Below are positions 1-10,111 of a stretch of 64,000 bases of DNA, one piece after another. Source of the stretch: a virus; the IMG/VR virus record IMGVR_UViG_3300035181_002074, positions 32,001-96,000 of that record; one strand, given 5' to 3'. The position numbers and the translations under genes were made by a program. The stretch's first letter is position 1. Every line of letters begins with the position of its first letter. The notes beneath the pieces were generated by a model. The model saw only the letters and a list, made by a program, of their open reading frames with translations. It searched no databases and was not told the DNA's origin.

Positions 1-127
1 TAGAGCCCCAATGAATGGAAATAGCATTCTCCAGTATATCCTCTGATGTATGCAAAACATATTTCCCCGTCGTGAAAGATATAATCCTGAAAGTCTTAAT
101 CTGATGGCATTTATACGGTTTAATCAT
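1..127 (-). CDS. partial small protein (MINRINAIRLRL...), possibly a microprotein-family member; runs off the window
   Basis: Manual translation; ATG overlaps the stop of the upstream ORF. Confidence 0.45.
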   Translation of the reverse strand, partial: MIKPYKCHQIKTFRIISFTTGKYVLHTSEDILENAISIHWGS

Positions 128-314
128 GCTTATTCAACAGGGAATTCATTTTACCTGTTACGTAAGTATATGAATCAATCACTCCAACTACGTATCCGTA
201 AACATACCAAAACACGCCCATGAAAGCTAGCTTACTGGCAATAGTCCAATCCGTTTCTTGTAGGAAGGTTAACGTAGCCCATGCACATATCAATGTTATT
301 ATTATTCTTATCAT
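120..314 (-). CDS. small membrane protein
   Basis: Two hydrophobic segments; start MIRIII lies just after the stop of 316..639. Confidence 0.6.
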   Translation of the reverse strand: MIRIIITLICAWATLTFLQETDWTIASKLAFMGVFWYVYGYVVGVIDSYTYVTGKMNSLLNKHD

Positions 315-315
315 A

Positions 316-639
316 TTATTCCTTAGCCTCTTTGGCCGCTTTCTTTGCTGCTTTTTCAAGCTTAGCGTTTTCTTTCTCGATATCTTCTTGGGTTTGGAGT
401 ACGGATTCGAAACGTTTCACACCGGCTGGCCTAAAAACTGTATTTTTCTCGGAGAAGTTATCCACGATGGACACGAAACGTGGGGTCGCTTCGTCAGTTG
501 CGAATTTCTTATTACCAAAATACCCACATTGGGTAAATTCCACCGTCAAGGCATCAAGTTCTTCGTACAGAGGTTTTACAGCCTCAAGTTGGTCTTTGAT
601 CTGAGCGATACGATTAACGATTTCATTTATACGTGACAT
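316..639 (-). CDS. hypothetical protein with coiled-coil ends
   Basis: AAGGAG RBS and sigma70 promoter upstream. Confidence 0.75.
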   Translation of the reverse strand: MSRINEIVNRIAQIKDQLEAVKPLYEELDALTVEFTQCGYFGNKKFATDEATPRFVSIVDNFSEKNTVFRPAGVKRFESVLQTQEDIEKENAKLEKAAKKAAKEAKE

Positions 640-657
640 AATAAGTCTCCTTTAATT

Positions 658-686
658 AGCATACCATTCTTTTTGATCCGAGTCAA
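658..686 (-). promoter_or_regulatory. sigma70-type promoter TTGACT-N17-TATGCT with TGG extension
   Basis: Direct consensus match with 17-bp spacer. Confidence 0.75.
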
Positions 687-1301
687 GTACTATTTCAAAT
701 CGTCGATGTTGTTGATGTTTATAGTAATTACACATGACCGTATAATACAGCTCTTCATGGTTATCAACGATTCTGATTTCATTACCATATCTGGGGATGT
801 TAAAGAATATGCTGTACCTAGTCCTCATATCGGATCTCGATTTGATAGTGTCTTGGATAATCCATAAATGTTTGCCATATTACGTAGAAAGATGAGTTGC
901 TAGCCCTGATTACATATTTTTCTTTATAACGATATGCGATGGTGTATTCGTGGATTTGTTTCATTCGATTGTTACCACAAATCGTACATCATATGTTGCC
1001 CATCGCTTTAATAAGTCAAGCCAACCATCACTATTATCCCATATATGGACTCCTTGACGATCATCAATATTGATTACATACATTGTAGGTTGATTCATAA
1101 GATATTAATCTGATAATGGTGATCACTGTTATTAAAGAGTTTCCAGATGACGTACATGTCTTCATTATCGTGACCTATCATGTAATTTAAAGTTAATAAA
1201 AGGATGGTGTATTCTTTTGGTGGCTTCATAAAAAATCAATCTGCCACATTTTATCAATCTTTCCTTGGACAAGGTCGATGTGCGCAGCGACCCAGTGTAA
1301 A

Positions 1302-1348
1302 TAATGTTCCAAGGCACTAATGTTCCAAGGCAATTTAGACCAAGGCGA
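1302..1348. repeat. 16-bp-period tandem repeat (TAATGTTCCAAGGCA x2 plus a degenerate third CCAAGGC)
   Basis: Seen directly, inside microprotein ORF 1226-1378. Confidence 0.8.
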
Positions 1349-3224
1349 CTTATTATAAATACGATATGACCTAATCATTGATGGTGACCTCATAAATTTT
1401 GGTGCTAACTAAATGCAGAACTATGCTTCTATTAAACTCCACCCCTACTCCAGCTACATTCGTTTTGATGCTGCTCCATCTGGCACTGACTTTGCCACTT
1501 AGTATTGTCCATCTCGCTCCAATGCGTAAATAAATGCGGAATGATCTTTTATTCATACCACTCCACTTGCCAAACGATATACGGCGCGTCAGAAAGCTGC
1601 AAGCTATCTACCATAACATCATGAGACCCGCGAATAAATCCACCCATAAATATGGGGGATATGCTGTAGTATTTATGATTATATGTATGTACGATATGCC
1701 CACGAATGCGAACTGCACGTAGGTCTTGGTCATTCAAGCTCATCGACAATTACCTCCCAGAACTTGCGGTTATGTGAATGTACTTTGAATACAATTTCGG
1801 GGTTCATCCGATATACTCCACTGATTGACCAAATAGCCCAAGACACATTGTTTGTGATAACACGATAAGATCTACTCATACCATTCCACCTGCCAAATTC
1901 TAATCATAGGTTTATATAAGCAATCTGTCAACCTCATATGGCCAGTCCCAGAGAACTTGGTATATATTGACGACATGAAAAACTTGGTTCTCTTGTGTCT
2001 TTTATATTCCCTGATCCTTACTGCCCGTGTGTTTTTACTCATAAGTTATACCATAGATCGTTTGAACATTTTCAGAGCCTATTATAATATTTTTTTCGCG
2101 GAAAACCCCTAGCATGCTGTTGATCATATCATACTCCTTACCCCAAACACCAGATACTTGCACTAATGAATCGCTCACATATATTAAATATCCTTGCTTA
2201 TTCATTAACAATCTCGATTTCGTAGCCTCTATATATCCAATCAGATTTAAGTACGTGCGACTGCCTAATAATAAATGGATCTGGGTACCAGCCTTGGTAT
2301 ATTATTACCATGTTATCCGTAACGCTCATCATGTCGTAAATTCGCAAAACTTTATACATATTTTACTACCCAAATCTTTGTGATGAGTTGGCCGTTAAAA
2401 GTTAAAGGCACATATATATTGTTTAATTCTCTCACCCATAATACACCGATATCGCTGGTACCACTCCATGCAATGATTCCATGACTCTTAGCGCAGTTAT
2501 TAATGATGTATTGGGTAACTGGTTTATTCATAAGTAAACTCGTATAGTTTCCGAAACGTACTACCTAAGTGAATTGCCCTGTAATTTGCTATTGCGTCAA
2601 AATACCAGCCGAATCCCCATTCTCCATTGCGATAGATAATAACACCATGTGGCAACCTGTTACCCATAAGTTACCTCGACAGTGAAAATCTTGGTGTGGC
2701 GGGGTGACATTCTAGTTTCATCACCGAGATAAGCGAATTTACCTTCTTCGTCTAACGCGTAGATTTCGTAAGCACGATTCTTGTATAGGTATATGCGGGT
2801 AGATTTAATCATATCGCACCACATAGATCTTGATTCGATCATTCGCAGCTATGCTAAATACAGAGCCATCATATATATAACTGTGATATATTGTATACTC
2901 ATTACGACTTATCATCACACGATACTCGAAAGATGGTGGAATTTTATTCAAAGGTCACCGTCCATATACACTGAACCGGCAAACCTTTGGAAGTCAAAGG
3001 CTGTTTTATGAACGTATCAACCATGGACGCAGCTATTTCTGGGTATCCATCCCAGTGTTTGGCAGCATAGCCCGTGCCATTTGTATATACCATGTATGAT
3101 TTATTCATATTCTATCCTGTACCCGCGAGTTACATACGTATTAGTGAAATAATTGATGCTATAATAAAACATTCTATTCATTGAATAGTGGCCACTGCTT
3201 TTAATCCATATATCTTGCCAGAAT

Positions 3225-3395
3225 CTAGTGTCCACAGCAACCACGGAAAGCCCAACAAAAAGCGACTGCCATCCCAATATTCATGACGGCAGATGGCCAA
3301 TTAGTTGGTGGCTCAGGTTTATCATTTTGGCAGGTATCACATTCGCAGTCACAACCATGGCAATTTTTCACACAATCACATTCTTGTTCACCCAT
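3225..3395 (-). CDS. 56-aa Cys-rich (metallothionein-like) microprotein
   Basis: MGEQECDCVKNCHGCDCECDTCQND...AVAFCWAFRGCCGH; 10 Cys; first ORF after a consensus promoter. Confidence 0.65.
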   Translation of the reverse strand: MGEQECDCVKNCHGCDCECDTCQNDKPEPPTNWPSAVMNIGMAVAFCWAFRGCCGH

Positions 3396-3404
3396 AATCT
3401 CTAA

Positions 3405-3433
3405 ACTATACCACTAAACCAGATCTAAGTCAA
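3405..3433 (-). promoter_or_regulatory. sigma70-type promoter TTGACT-N17-TATAGT driving the microprotein array
   Basis: Consensus match with TGG extension. Confidence 0.8.
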
Positions 3434-3434
3434 G

Positions 3435-3443
3435 CCTAATATT
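3435..3443 (+). promoter_or_regulatory. putative late promoter CCTAATATT
   Basis: Same 9-mer recurs upstream of other late genes (12590, 27684, 59168, 62037). Confidence 0.65.
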
Positions 3444-3452
3444 TTGCATTAG

Positions 3453-4100
3453 ATGGCAACCACCAAACAAGACATTATCATTATTGGTAAGGGGGCGATG
3501 AACTCAAATGCATCGTCTGCCCAGATATTTGCCAGCAAAAGCGCTGTCAGTTTTTGGGATACCGCAATTACTTACAACATTGAAACATGTGTTGAATATT
3601 CAGGTAACATCTGGAGATCATTAACTAATTCAAACATAGCTAACAATCCAGCTTCTTCCCCAACCCAATGGGAATTAATCCTAAAAAACACCAAAGACGG
3701 TGATGCCTGTTTCGTTATCAATGGGGCATCTTCTGATCTAATGATGCGCGTCAATTCAATCTGGGAGACTTTGGGCAATAAACCTTACATCATTAGCCTA
3801 AACGATAACCAAGTTTCGCCTACTTCCGCTTTTACTTATTTGGGCACAGCATTCCCATATGCCCAAATCGAGCTAAGAATCAGACGCAATAACTCTTATT
3901 CTTCAGCGTTTAAGAAGACTTACGAGGTTTTAAATGATGGAACTACTGATTTACAATTTTCTGCTGACGGGGTTAGCATTGGTGCTGATACTGGGGTGGT
4001 CATAACCCCTTCAATTACCGCTGGAACGGTATCTTTTGATTACACCAGCACTAACTTATCACAAGCAATTTCACTCGAATATACATTGCGTGGGTTTTAA
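3453..4100 (+). CDS. virion structural/fibre-associated protein
   Basis: CBM5/12-like W...Y.G..W...N.P..W motif; C-terminal beta-rich domain shared with 8400 and 10112. Confidence 0.65.
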   Translation: MATTKQDIIIIGKGAMNSNASSAQIFASKSAVSFWDTAITYNIETCVEYSGNIWRSLTNSNIANNPASSPTQWELILKNTKDGDACFVINGASSDLMMRVNSIWETLGNKPYIISLNDNQVSPTSAFTYLGTAFPYAQIELRIRRNNSYSSAFKKTYEVLNDGTTDLQFSADGVSIGADTGVVITPSITAGTVSFDYTSTNLSQAISLEYTLRGF

Positions 4101-4101
4101 T

Positions 4102-4677
4102 ATGAAACAATGTAATACTTGCAATTTAACTAAAAACCTAGATTCTTTTCATAAAAATAAGAATTGCCTTGACGGTCGTCAATATAAGTGTAAACTATGC
4201 GTCAATACATATCTGAAAGCGTATTATTCCCAAAACAAGGAACAAGTAAAAGAAAAAGTTAATAATTACCGTCAAAATAACCCCACTAAGATTTCGGCAA
4301 GGAAAAAGTTATATCGTCAAAACAATATGCAAAAAGTAAAATCTGGTTTGCATAATTGGTATATGAATAATAAATCGAAATCTGCCGAAACTACAAAAGC
4401 ATATAACAAGGCGCATCCAGCACAGGCTTTGGCGCGATGTAATAAAAGACGAGCATCTAGGCTAAATGCTATACCTAGATGGCTAACCAAAGAAGATTTA
4501 TTAAAAATTAAGGAATTTTACATAGAGGCCAAACGACTAGAGTTATTGACTGGGGGTAAATACCATGTAGATCATATTATCCCACTTCAAGGTGAGGCGG
4601 TTCGTGGGCTACATGTACCTTGGAATTTACAAGTTATTCCTGCCTACCAAAATATAATAAAAGGGAACAAGATTTAA
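4102..4677 (+). CDS. HNH homing endonuclease
   Basis: N-terminal CxxC pairs; YHVDHIIPLQG...GLHVPWNLQVIPAYQNIIKGNK. Confidence 0.9.
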   Translation: MKQCNTCNLTKNLDSFHKNKNCLDGRQYKCKLCVNTYLKAYYSQNKEQVKEKVNNYRQNNPTKISARKKLYRQNNMQKVKSGLHNWYMNNKSKSAETTKAYNKAHPAQALARCNKRRASRLNAIPRWLTKEDLLKIKEFYIEAKRLELLTGGKYHVDHIIPLQGEAVRGLHVPWNLQVIPAYQNIIKGNKI

Positions 4678-7655
4678 TGTCACAAATACCTGATGGCCAA
4701 GGCGCCATAAAAAGCTCAGAGATCTACACGGATGCACCATTAACGGCTCTCGGCTCAACCGAGGGTACCGATAATCTTTCCGTTATCCAGCAGCTCACCC
4801 AATTAGCTACCGATTCCTTCTTTAAGCAAGGTATCACCCCGTTTTCATTAGGCTTTCTCAATTGGGATGGCTCTGTATTAGATTTCGCCCAAGACACTAA
4901 TACCAATGATGTTTACTTCCGTGCTTTACAAACTGATAGCGATACTTTAAGAACTATTGACATCGTAATGAAGGCTAGTACTTCTGCCAATAGCGCTAAT
5001 AGATTTAAGAATATTACCCTAGCTACTGGTGACCTTTTGTATGCTGAAATCAGTCATGCTAATTTGATGTCCGCTCCTGCGGGAATCCTTGAATTAGAAA
5101 ACGCTGTTAACGGTGGCTCTATCGTTGTCGGCAAAACAGTTCGTAAGATCAACTTATCGTCCACAACCGGTATTGGCCAAATCACTTCTTTATTGACTGG
5201 TGATGGCACTTCTTTATTTATCCCAATCGCTTTCTGTAATACTTGGACTGCTAACTCTATCACTTACGATGATCTTTTGTGGTGTGTGAATAATAATCGC
5301 TGGGAACGTGACACCAAGAATATGTTGGGCTCGGCTCGTGCATTATCTGTGGGTGGAGCAATTCTCAACTTCCTCGAAACTTCTACTCCTAAGATCTCTT
5401 GGGATGCTGAAGTTGGTATTCAAAACATGGTTACCTATAACGATTCATCTGCTATACCAGTTGATGGTACAGGTGGAACCGTTAATCCTGATTTCGTTTT
5501 CACTACTACTGCCAATCTAGCTGAAGTATTATCTGGCAACGATTCTTTCGTAATTGAAAAGAATGCTGTTGGTTCTATGCAAGGTAACGGTATGTCGTTT
5601 GATGTACAAATCTTTGCTGGCTACCGTTCACGCCAAGTAGTTTTCAAATGCTTATTTAACAAATTATCTGGTACATACAATGATGGCGACATCAAAGTAT
5701 ACGTAATCGCTGATCCAAACGGTACACCACAAATCATTACCCCAATCAATGGTAATGTTGGTGCATCCATGGGTGAAATGTCCGCAACGTTTTATCCGTT
5801 CCAGAGTATATCAGAATATCGTATTTGTTTCCATTTAGCTACGACCAATAGTAATACTTTCAGAGTTGCGCTAGATGATATCAAGTTAAACCCAATTTAC
5901 TATGTAACAGCTGACGCATTTGGTTCAGTTCAACCTGCGGGATCTATTGCAGCATTTGGTGCTAACGTTGACCCTGACGGTTGGATGATGTGTGATGGCC
6001 GTTCTTTGAATAGATCAGCTTACCCTGAATTGTTCGGCATGATCGGTACATCATTTGGTACAGCATCCGGCACAACTTTTAATATCCCTGATTTCCGTGG
6101 TAACTTCTTGCGTGGTACTGACTACACTGCTGGCCGTGACCCTGACAAACTTACTCGTACTGCTTTGCTAGCTGGCGGAGCAACTGGTAATAATGTCGGT
6201 TCGTACCAAAACGAAGATTTCAAATCACATACGCATTCAACTTTAAATTATTATGGCTTGTCACTATCTGGTGGTGGACAATTAAGTTATTTCAATGGTG
6301 GCGGTTCAACTGGTGCAGCCGGTGGTAGCGAAACTCGTCCAAAAAACGTTAACGTAAATTACATTATCAAGCTTTATGGTGATCGCAAGAATACTGTATT
6401 AGCTAATGTTCGTGTAGAATATACTTCTAATGCTAATACGACTTCAGCAACTTCTGATACGAGTGCATTCTTCAATGGTATCGAAGGACAATTAATCCCT
6501 AACTTAGTACAAGGCGTTTCGGCTACTCGTAATGTGTCTTTCTTATCACAAATTCAAGCAACTGATACCACTAAATTACAAACTGATTACGCATCAGGTG
6601 GGGCTTATTGGGTAGATGCAGCTGCATTATTCCCTAAGTCTGATTATCCTGCTATTACTATCTTAGCTAATACTAATAATCTAAGCAATCAAATTACTAA
6701 TATTTCTAACTTATCGGGTATAATTACGGGCATGTCTGTGTCGGGTACTGGTATTCCAGCTGCTACAGTTATTACTAACGTGAATAGAACAACCGGCGTA
6801 GTGACAATGAATAACAATGCTACTGCGACTAATATTAATACTTTAATTCTATTGGGTGGTATTAGTTTTGGTATGGCATTTACACCATCAATTTCTAGTT
6901 CAACGCAAGGTATTATAACTTTCGGTGCTGGTGGTGCTCAACCTGATGTTACGTGGGCTTCACTTGATGCATCTTTATGGCGCTGGCGTGTAGTTAAATC
7001 TACCAACGATCTTGCTGTAGAAGTAATCACTAAAGACGATTCAGGCGTAATAAAAATGTATGCCGGTTCATCAGTTCCGGCTGGTTGGCTAGAATGTAAC
7101 GGACAATCATTATTACGTTCAGCTTACCCAGAACTATTCTTAGCATTAAACACCAGACATGGTAGCGCTGATTCATTACATTTCAATGTACCTGACATGC
7201 GTGGTATGGTGGTTAAAGGTGATACTGGATTCAGCGCTGTTAACGTTACACCATCTTCGATATCTGGCCAAAATATTACTATTGCTGGTCATCCTTTTAA
7301 TCGGTCAGGTATTCCTGTTCAATTAAGTGGTATAGCAATGCCGTCACCATTAGCTACAGCAACAGATTATTATGTAATTGTAGTGGATGCAAATACAATT
7401 CGCTTGGCGTTAAATAGAGCTAATGCCTTAGCTGGCACTGCTGTTACTATGGTCGGTACCAATGCTAATGCAATTACTATTACACAATTTTTAGATGTTG
7501 ATTTATCTACATCATTACCAATGACGACTGGTGCAACTTATAATTCTTACCAAGAATCTGCATTCGGTATCGGAACTCCGGGCATTGGTGGTAGCTATAA
7601 CGAAAGTGGCGTGTTTTTACGCGCCATGTTAATGAAATATATTATAAAGGTTTAG
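4677..7655 (+). CDS. tail fibre protein with two phage tail-collar domains
   Basis: Two GW..C.G.SL.RSAYPELF...G...FN.PD.RG motifs; start MSQIPD overlaps the HNH stop. Confidence 0.85.
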   Translation: MSQIPDGQGAIKSSEIYTDAPLTALGSTEGTDNLSVIQQLTQLATDSFFKQGITPFSLGFLNWDGSVLDFAQDTNTNDVYFRALQTDSDTLRTIDIVMKASTSANSANRFKNITLATGDLLYAEISHANLMSAPAGILELENAVNGGSIVVGKTVRKINLSSTTGIGQITSLLTGDGTSLFIPIAFCNTWTANSITYDDLLWCVNNNRWERDTKNMLGSARALSVGGAILNFLETSTPKISWDAEVGIQNMVTYNDSSAIPVDGTGGTVNPDFVFTTTANLAEVLSGNDSFVIEKNAVGSMQGNGMSFDVQIFAGYRSRQVVFKCLFNKLSGTYNDGDIKVYVIADPNGTPQIITPINGNVGASMGEMSATFYPFQSISEYRICFHLATTNSNTFRVALDDIKLNPIYYVTADAFGSVQPAGSIAAFGANVDPDGWMMCDGRSLNRSAYPELFGMIGTSFGTASGTTFNIPDFRGNFLRGTDYTAGRDPDKLTRTALLAGGATGNNVGSYQNEDFKSHTHSTLNYYGLSLSGGGQLSYFNGGGSTGAAGGSETRPKNVNVNYIIKLYGDRKNTVLANVRVEYTSNANTTSATSDTSAFFNGIEGQLIPNLVQGVSATRNVSFLSQIQATDTTKLQTDYASGGAYWVDAAALFPKSDYPAITILANTNNLSNQITNISNLSGIITGMSVSGTGIPAATVITNVNRTTGVVTMNNNATATNINTLILLGGISFGMAFTPSISSSTQGIITFGAGGAQPDVTWASLDASLWRWRVVKSTNDLAVEVITKDDSGVIKMYAGSSVPAGWLECNGQSLLRSAYPELFLALNTRHGSADSLHFNVPDMRGMVVKGDTGFSAVNVTPSSISGQNITIAGHPFNRSGIPVQLSGIAMPSPLATATDYYVIVVDANTIRLALNRANALAGTAVTMVGTNANAITITQFLDVDLSTSLPMTTGATYNSYQESAFGIGTPGIGGSYNESGVFLRAMLMKYIIKV

Positions 7656-7664
7656 GGAGAGATT

Positions 7665-8381
7665 ATGCCTATTTTTCAAATTGGAGCAGGTGGCGGAAGT
7701 AGTGGTACTGGTTTTACTTCAATTGAACCGCTAGCTAATGGCGGGACTTTTACAGTTCCAGCTGGCGTAACTACATTGTATGTTATTGGTTCTGGTGCTG
7801 GCGGCGGTGGTGGTGGTGGCGGAGCTGGGGGAAATAGTTCTAGTGGCCCCGGCGGTTCAGGAGGTTCAGGTGGAGCTGGTGGTGGTGCGTTCCCCTCTAT
7901 GCTACGAATCACGGTAGCCGCTGGACAAGTTTACACTGCTCAAGTAGCCGATGTTGCGAACGCTGGCGGTGGCGGTCCCGTTCAAGCATGGTATTACAAT
8001 GGTGGTTCAGGTGGCTCAGGAGCTGTTGGTGGTGACACTATTCTTAAATTAGGTATTACTTCAGTTGTCACTTTTTCAGGTGGAACAAATGGAAGTGGTG
8101 CAGGTGGTGGCGCAGCAAACTCAATCAGTGGTGGTGGTTCTGGTAGTGCAGGTGGTGGCGCCAAAATGGGTTTTATTAATGCATTATTTGGCTCATCCCA
8201 AGGTGGCGCAATTGGAAATGGTATAGGCACAAACGCTGCATTCATAACTGGTCGTGGAGTTTTAGGTATGGGGGCATCAGGCAGCAACGGTAATGTTGGG
8301 GCAGCTGGCAGTAATCTTGGAGCTGGGGCTGGTGGCTCAGGTGGTAATGGCGCACCGGGTTACTTAATGGTTTGTTATTAA
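7665..8381 (+). CDS. glycine-rich tail-associated protein
   Basis: FTVPAGVTTLYV.G.GAGGGG pattern of glycine-rich phage domains; GGGAG RBS. Confidence 0.75.
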   Translation: MPIFQIGAGGGSSGTGFTSIEPLANGGTFTVPAGVTTLYVIGSGAGGGGGGGGAGGNSSSGPGGSGGSGGAGGGAFPSMLRITVAAGQVYTAQVADVANAGGGGPVQAWYYNGGSGGSGAVGGDTILKLGITSVVTFSGGTNGSGAGGGAANSISGGGSGSAGGGAKMGFINALFGSSQGGAIGNGIGTNAAFITGRGVLGMGASGSNGNVGAAGSNLGAGAGGSGGNGAPGYLMVCY

Positions 8382-8399
8382 TTTTAGATTGGTTTAACT

Positions 8400-10100
8400 A
8401 TGGCACATAATAATTTCCGCCAATTCGAGGGTGGTATAAGCATTAAAGGCATTTACGCAACTGACCCAGTACAGGGTGAAGTTGGTGATATCTATTTTAA
8501 TACTACTACTAAATCTCTGAAATATTGTTTCAATGCAGCTCCATTAACATGGCGTGACTTAGTTATTGCTGCAGGTACGACTGCCGGTTCTGTTTTACAA
8601 TGGGACACTGGCACTTCTTCATGGACTGAAAATAATACTATCGTTACCGGTGTATCCACTATTGGTGGCACTAACGATAATGTACCCGATGCAGTCAAAG
8701 CTGCTAGTACTGTTTTCAAAGCTTCCGATAAAATAAATGTCGGTTCGACCGGTGACGGCGGAGATATTTCGCTTTTGGCTGGTACTTCATTTGCGGGTAA
8801 CCAAGGTTTAGTTTATTTAAAAGGTGATAGACTTTATCTAGATATTGGCCACGCTGCCGACCCTGTTGGTGGAATTGCTGGACAAGTTTATTATAATACA
8901 GCAACCAATGCTTTTTTATATTACAACGGAACTTCTTGGAAAGCTCTAGGTGGTTCAGGTGGTGGATTAGTTAAAGTTACCTTCCATGATCCAATCAGTA
9001 CAACTATGCCAGCTGCTGACCCAGCGACATTTGATGGCGCAATCTTAAATGCATTAGATACAGTTTTATTTACCAATCTAGCTAATCCAGCTGATAATAA
9101 TAAAATCTGGCAAGCTAACATTGCATTAGGCACAATCACTTGGACTCTTACTTCTCCATTTGAAACAGGTTCTGCTCCAGCACTATCTGATCAAGTTATT
9201 ATTTCTAAAGGTAATTCATTTGCGCAACAAGCTGGTGCCTATAATGGCACTATTTGGAGCTTCAATAATGTTACCAGATATTTCACCGGAAATGATTATT
9301 TCGAACAATCTGGATTAAATACTTCTACATTGGCCGACAACACGACTGCAGATCTATTTGCAATTGTAGCAATAAATAATGAAAACATTATAGTAGATTA
9401 CTCAGTTATCCGTAATACTGATAAATCACTCGGCACCTTACAAATCGTTTGCCAAGGTACCAATGTAAGTTTAGCCGATACTGGCACCGATTTAGGTATT
9501 GCCGGTGTTACTTTCAGTGCGTTCATATCTTCAGGCATATTACATGTTCAATACACTACTACCAATACGGGCTTTGCTGCAACGGCCAAATATTCTTTGA
9601 AACGTTGGTCTGATGCCGCTGGTGGCCCTGCTTCGGTTCCATCATACACCGGCGGCTCTACTGGGATTACCGCTGCTGGCTCTAATTCACAAGTTCAATT
9701 CAATGATGGTGGCAATTTTGGTGGTGACGCTGCGTTCACTTTCGACAAGACTAGCGGTAATATTGGTCACGGCGGCCACGTAACTACTACGTTAAATACA
9801 GCAGTTATTGCTGATAATCAAGCGACCCCAGCGACCCTAATATCATATAGTAAAGCATCGTATCCCCATACAGTGATTAGTTTTAGTATTGATCGCGGTG
9901 GTGAAACGGAAGTAGGAACAATATTAGTTGCCACAAATGGCACCGATGTTAGTATTAGCCCTAATTCCACGTATACGAACTTGGGCACTGGAGTAACTTT
10001 CAATGCCATTATCTCTGGCGCAAATGTAGAAGTACAATACATCAGTGATAACAGCGGGTTCGCGGGAACTTTTAAATTTTATAATAATCAATGGTCTTAA
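8400..10100 (+). CDS. virion fibre protein
   Basis: DP..G..Y.N anchor-like motif; two C-terminal copies of the shared beta domain. Confidence 0.7.
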   Translation: MAHNNFRQFEGGISIKGIYATDPVQGEVGDIYFNTTTKSLKYCFNAAPLTWRDLVIAAGTTAGSVLQWDTGTSSWTENNTIVTGVSTIGGTNDNVPDAVKAASTVFKASDKINVGSTGDGGDISLLAGTSFAGNQGLVYLKGDRLYLDIGHAADPVGGIAGQVYYNTATNAFLYYNGTSWKALGGSGGGLVKVTFHDPISTTMPAADPATFDGAILNALDTVLFTNLANPADNNKIWQANIALGTITWTLTSPFETGSAPALSDQVIISKGNSFAQQAGAYNGTIWSFNNVTRYFTGNDYFEQSGLNTSTLADNTTADLFAIVAINNENIIVDYSVIRNTDKSLGTLQIVCQGTNVSLADTGTDLGIAGVTFSAFISSGILHVQYTTTNTGFAATAKYSLKRWSDAAGGPASVPSYTGGSTGITAAGSNSQVQFNDGGNFGGDAAFTFDKTSGNIGHGGHVTTTLNTAVIADNQATPATLISYSKASYPHTVISFSIDRGGETEVGTILVATNGTDVSISPNSTYTNLGTGVTFNAIISGANVEVQYISDNSGFAGTFKFYNNQWS

Positions 10101-10111
10101 GGAGAACATAA

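Larger units (their letters stand above)
652..3235 (-). other. array of 17 overlapping microprotein ORFs (44-64 aa): 3101-3235, 2944-3108, 2805-2951, 2660-2812, 2524-2667, 2352-2531, 2198-2359, 2035-2205, 1872-2042, 1730-1879, 1549-1743, 1371-1556, 1226-1378, 1095-1229, 961-1098, 818-964, 652-828
   Basis: Manual translation; each start overlaps the previous gene's end (mostly ATGA or ATGnnTAA); shared N- and C-terminal strand motifs. Confidence 0.8.

Noticed and set aside
1903-1931. TTGACA-N17-TATGAT inside ORF 1872-2042
   Set aside because: Lacks the TG extension seen in the other promoters and lies in coding sequence; a possible internal promoter but unsupported.
220-2383. Plus-strand ORFs in the track (220, 281, 673, 1534, 1683, 2114)
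   Set aside because: Antisense shadows of the coupled minus-strand genes.
652-3235. CRISPR array, integron cassettes or DGR
   Set aside because: No constant DNA repeat or attC-like palindrome, no intergenic space, and no Cas, integrase or reverse transcriptase in the window.
1-3400. Stop-codon reassignment as the cause of short ORFs (a release-factor-like gene is present)
   Set aside because: Most micro-ORFs end in TAA and the next ORF is in another frame; long genes elsewhere are intact in the standard code.
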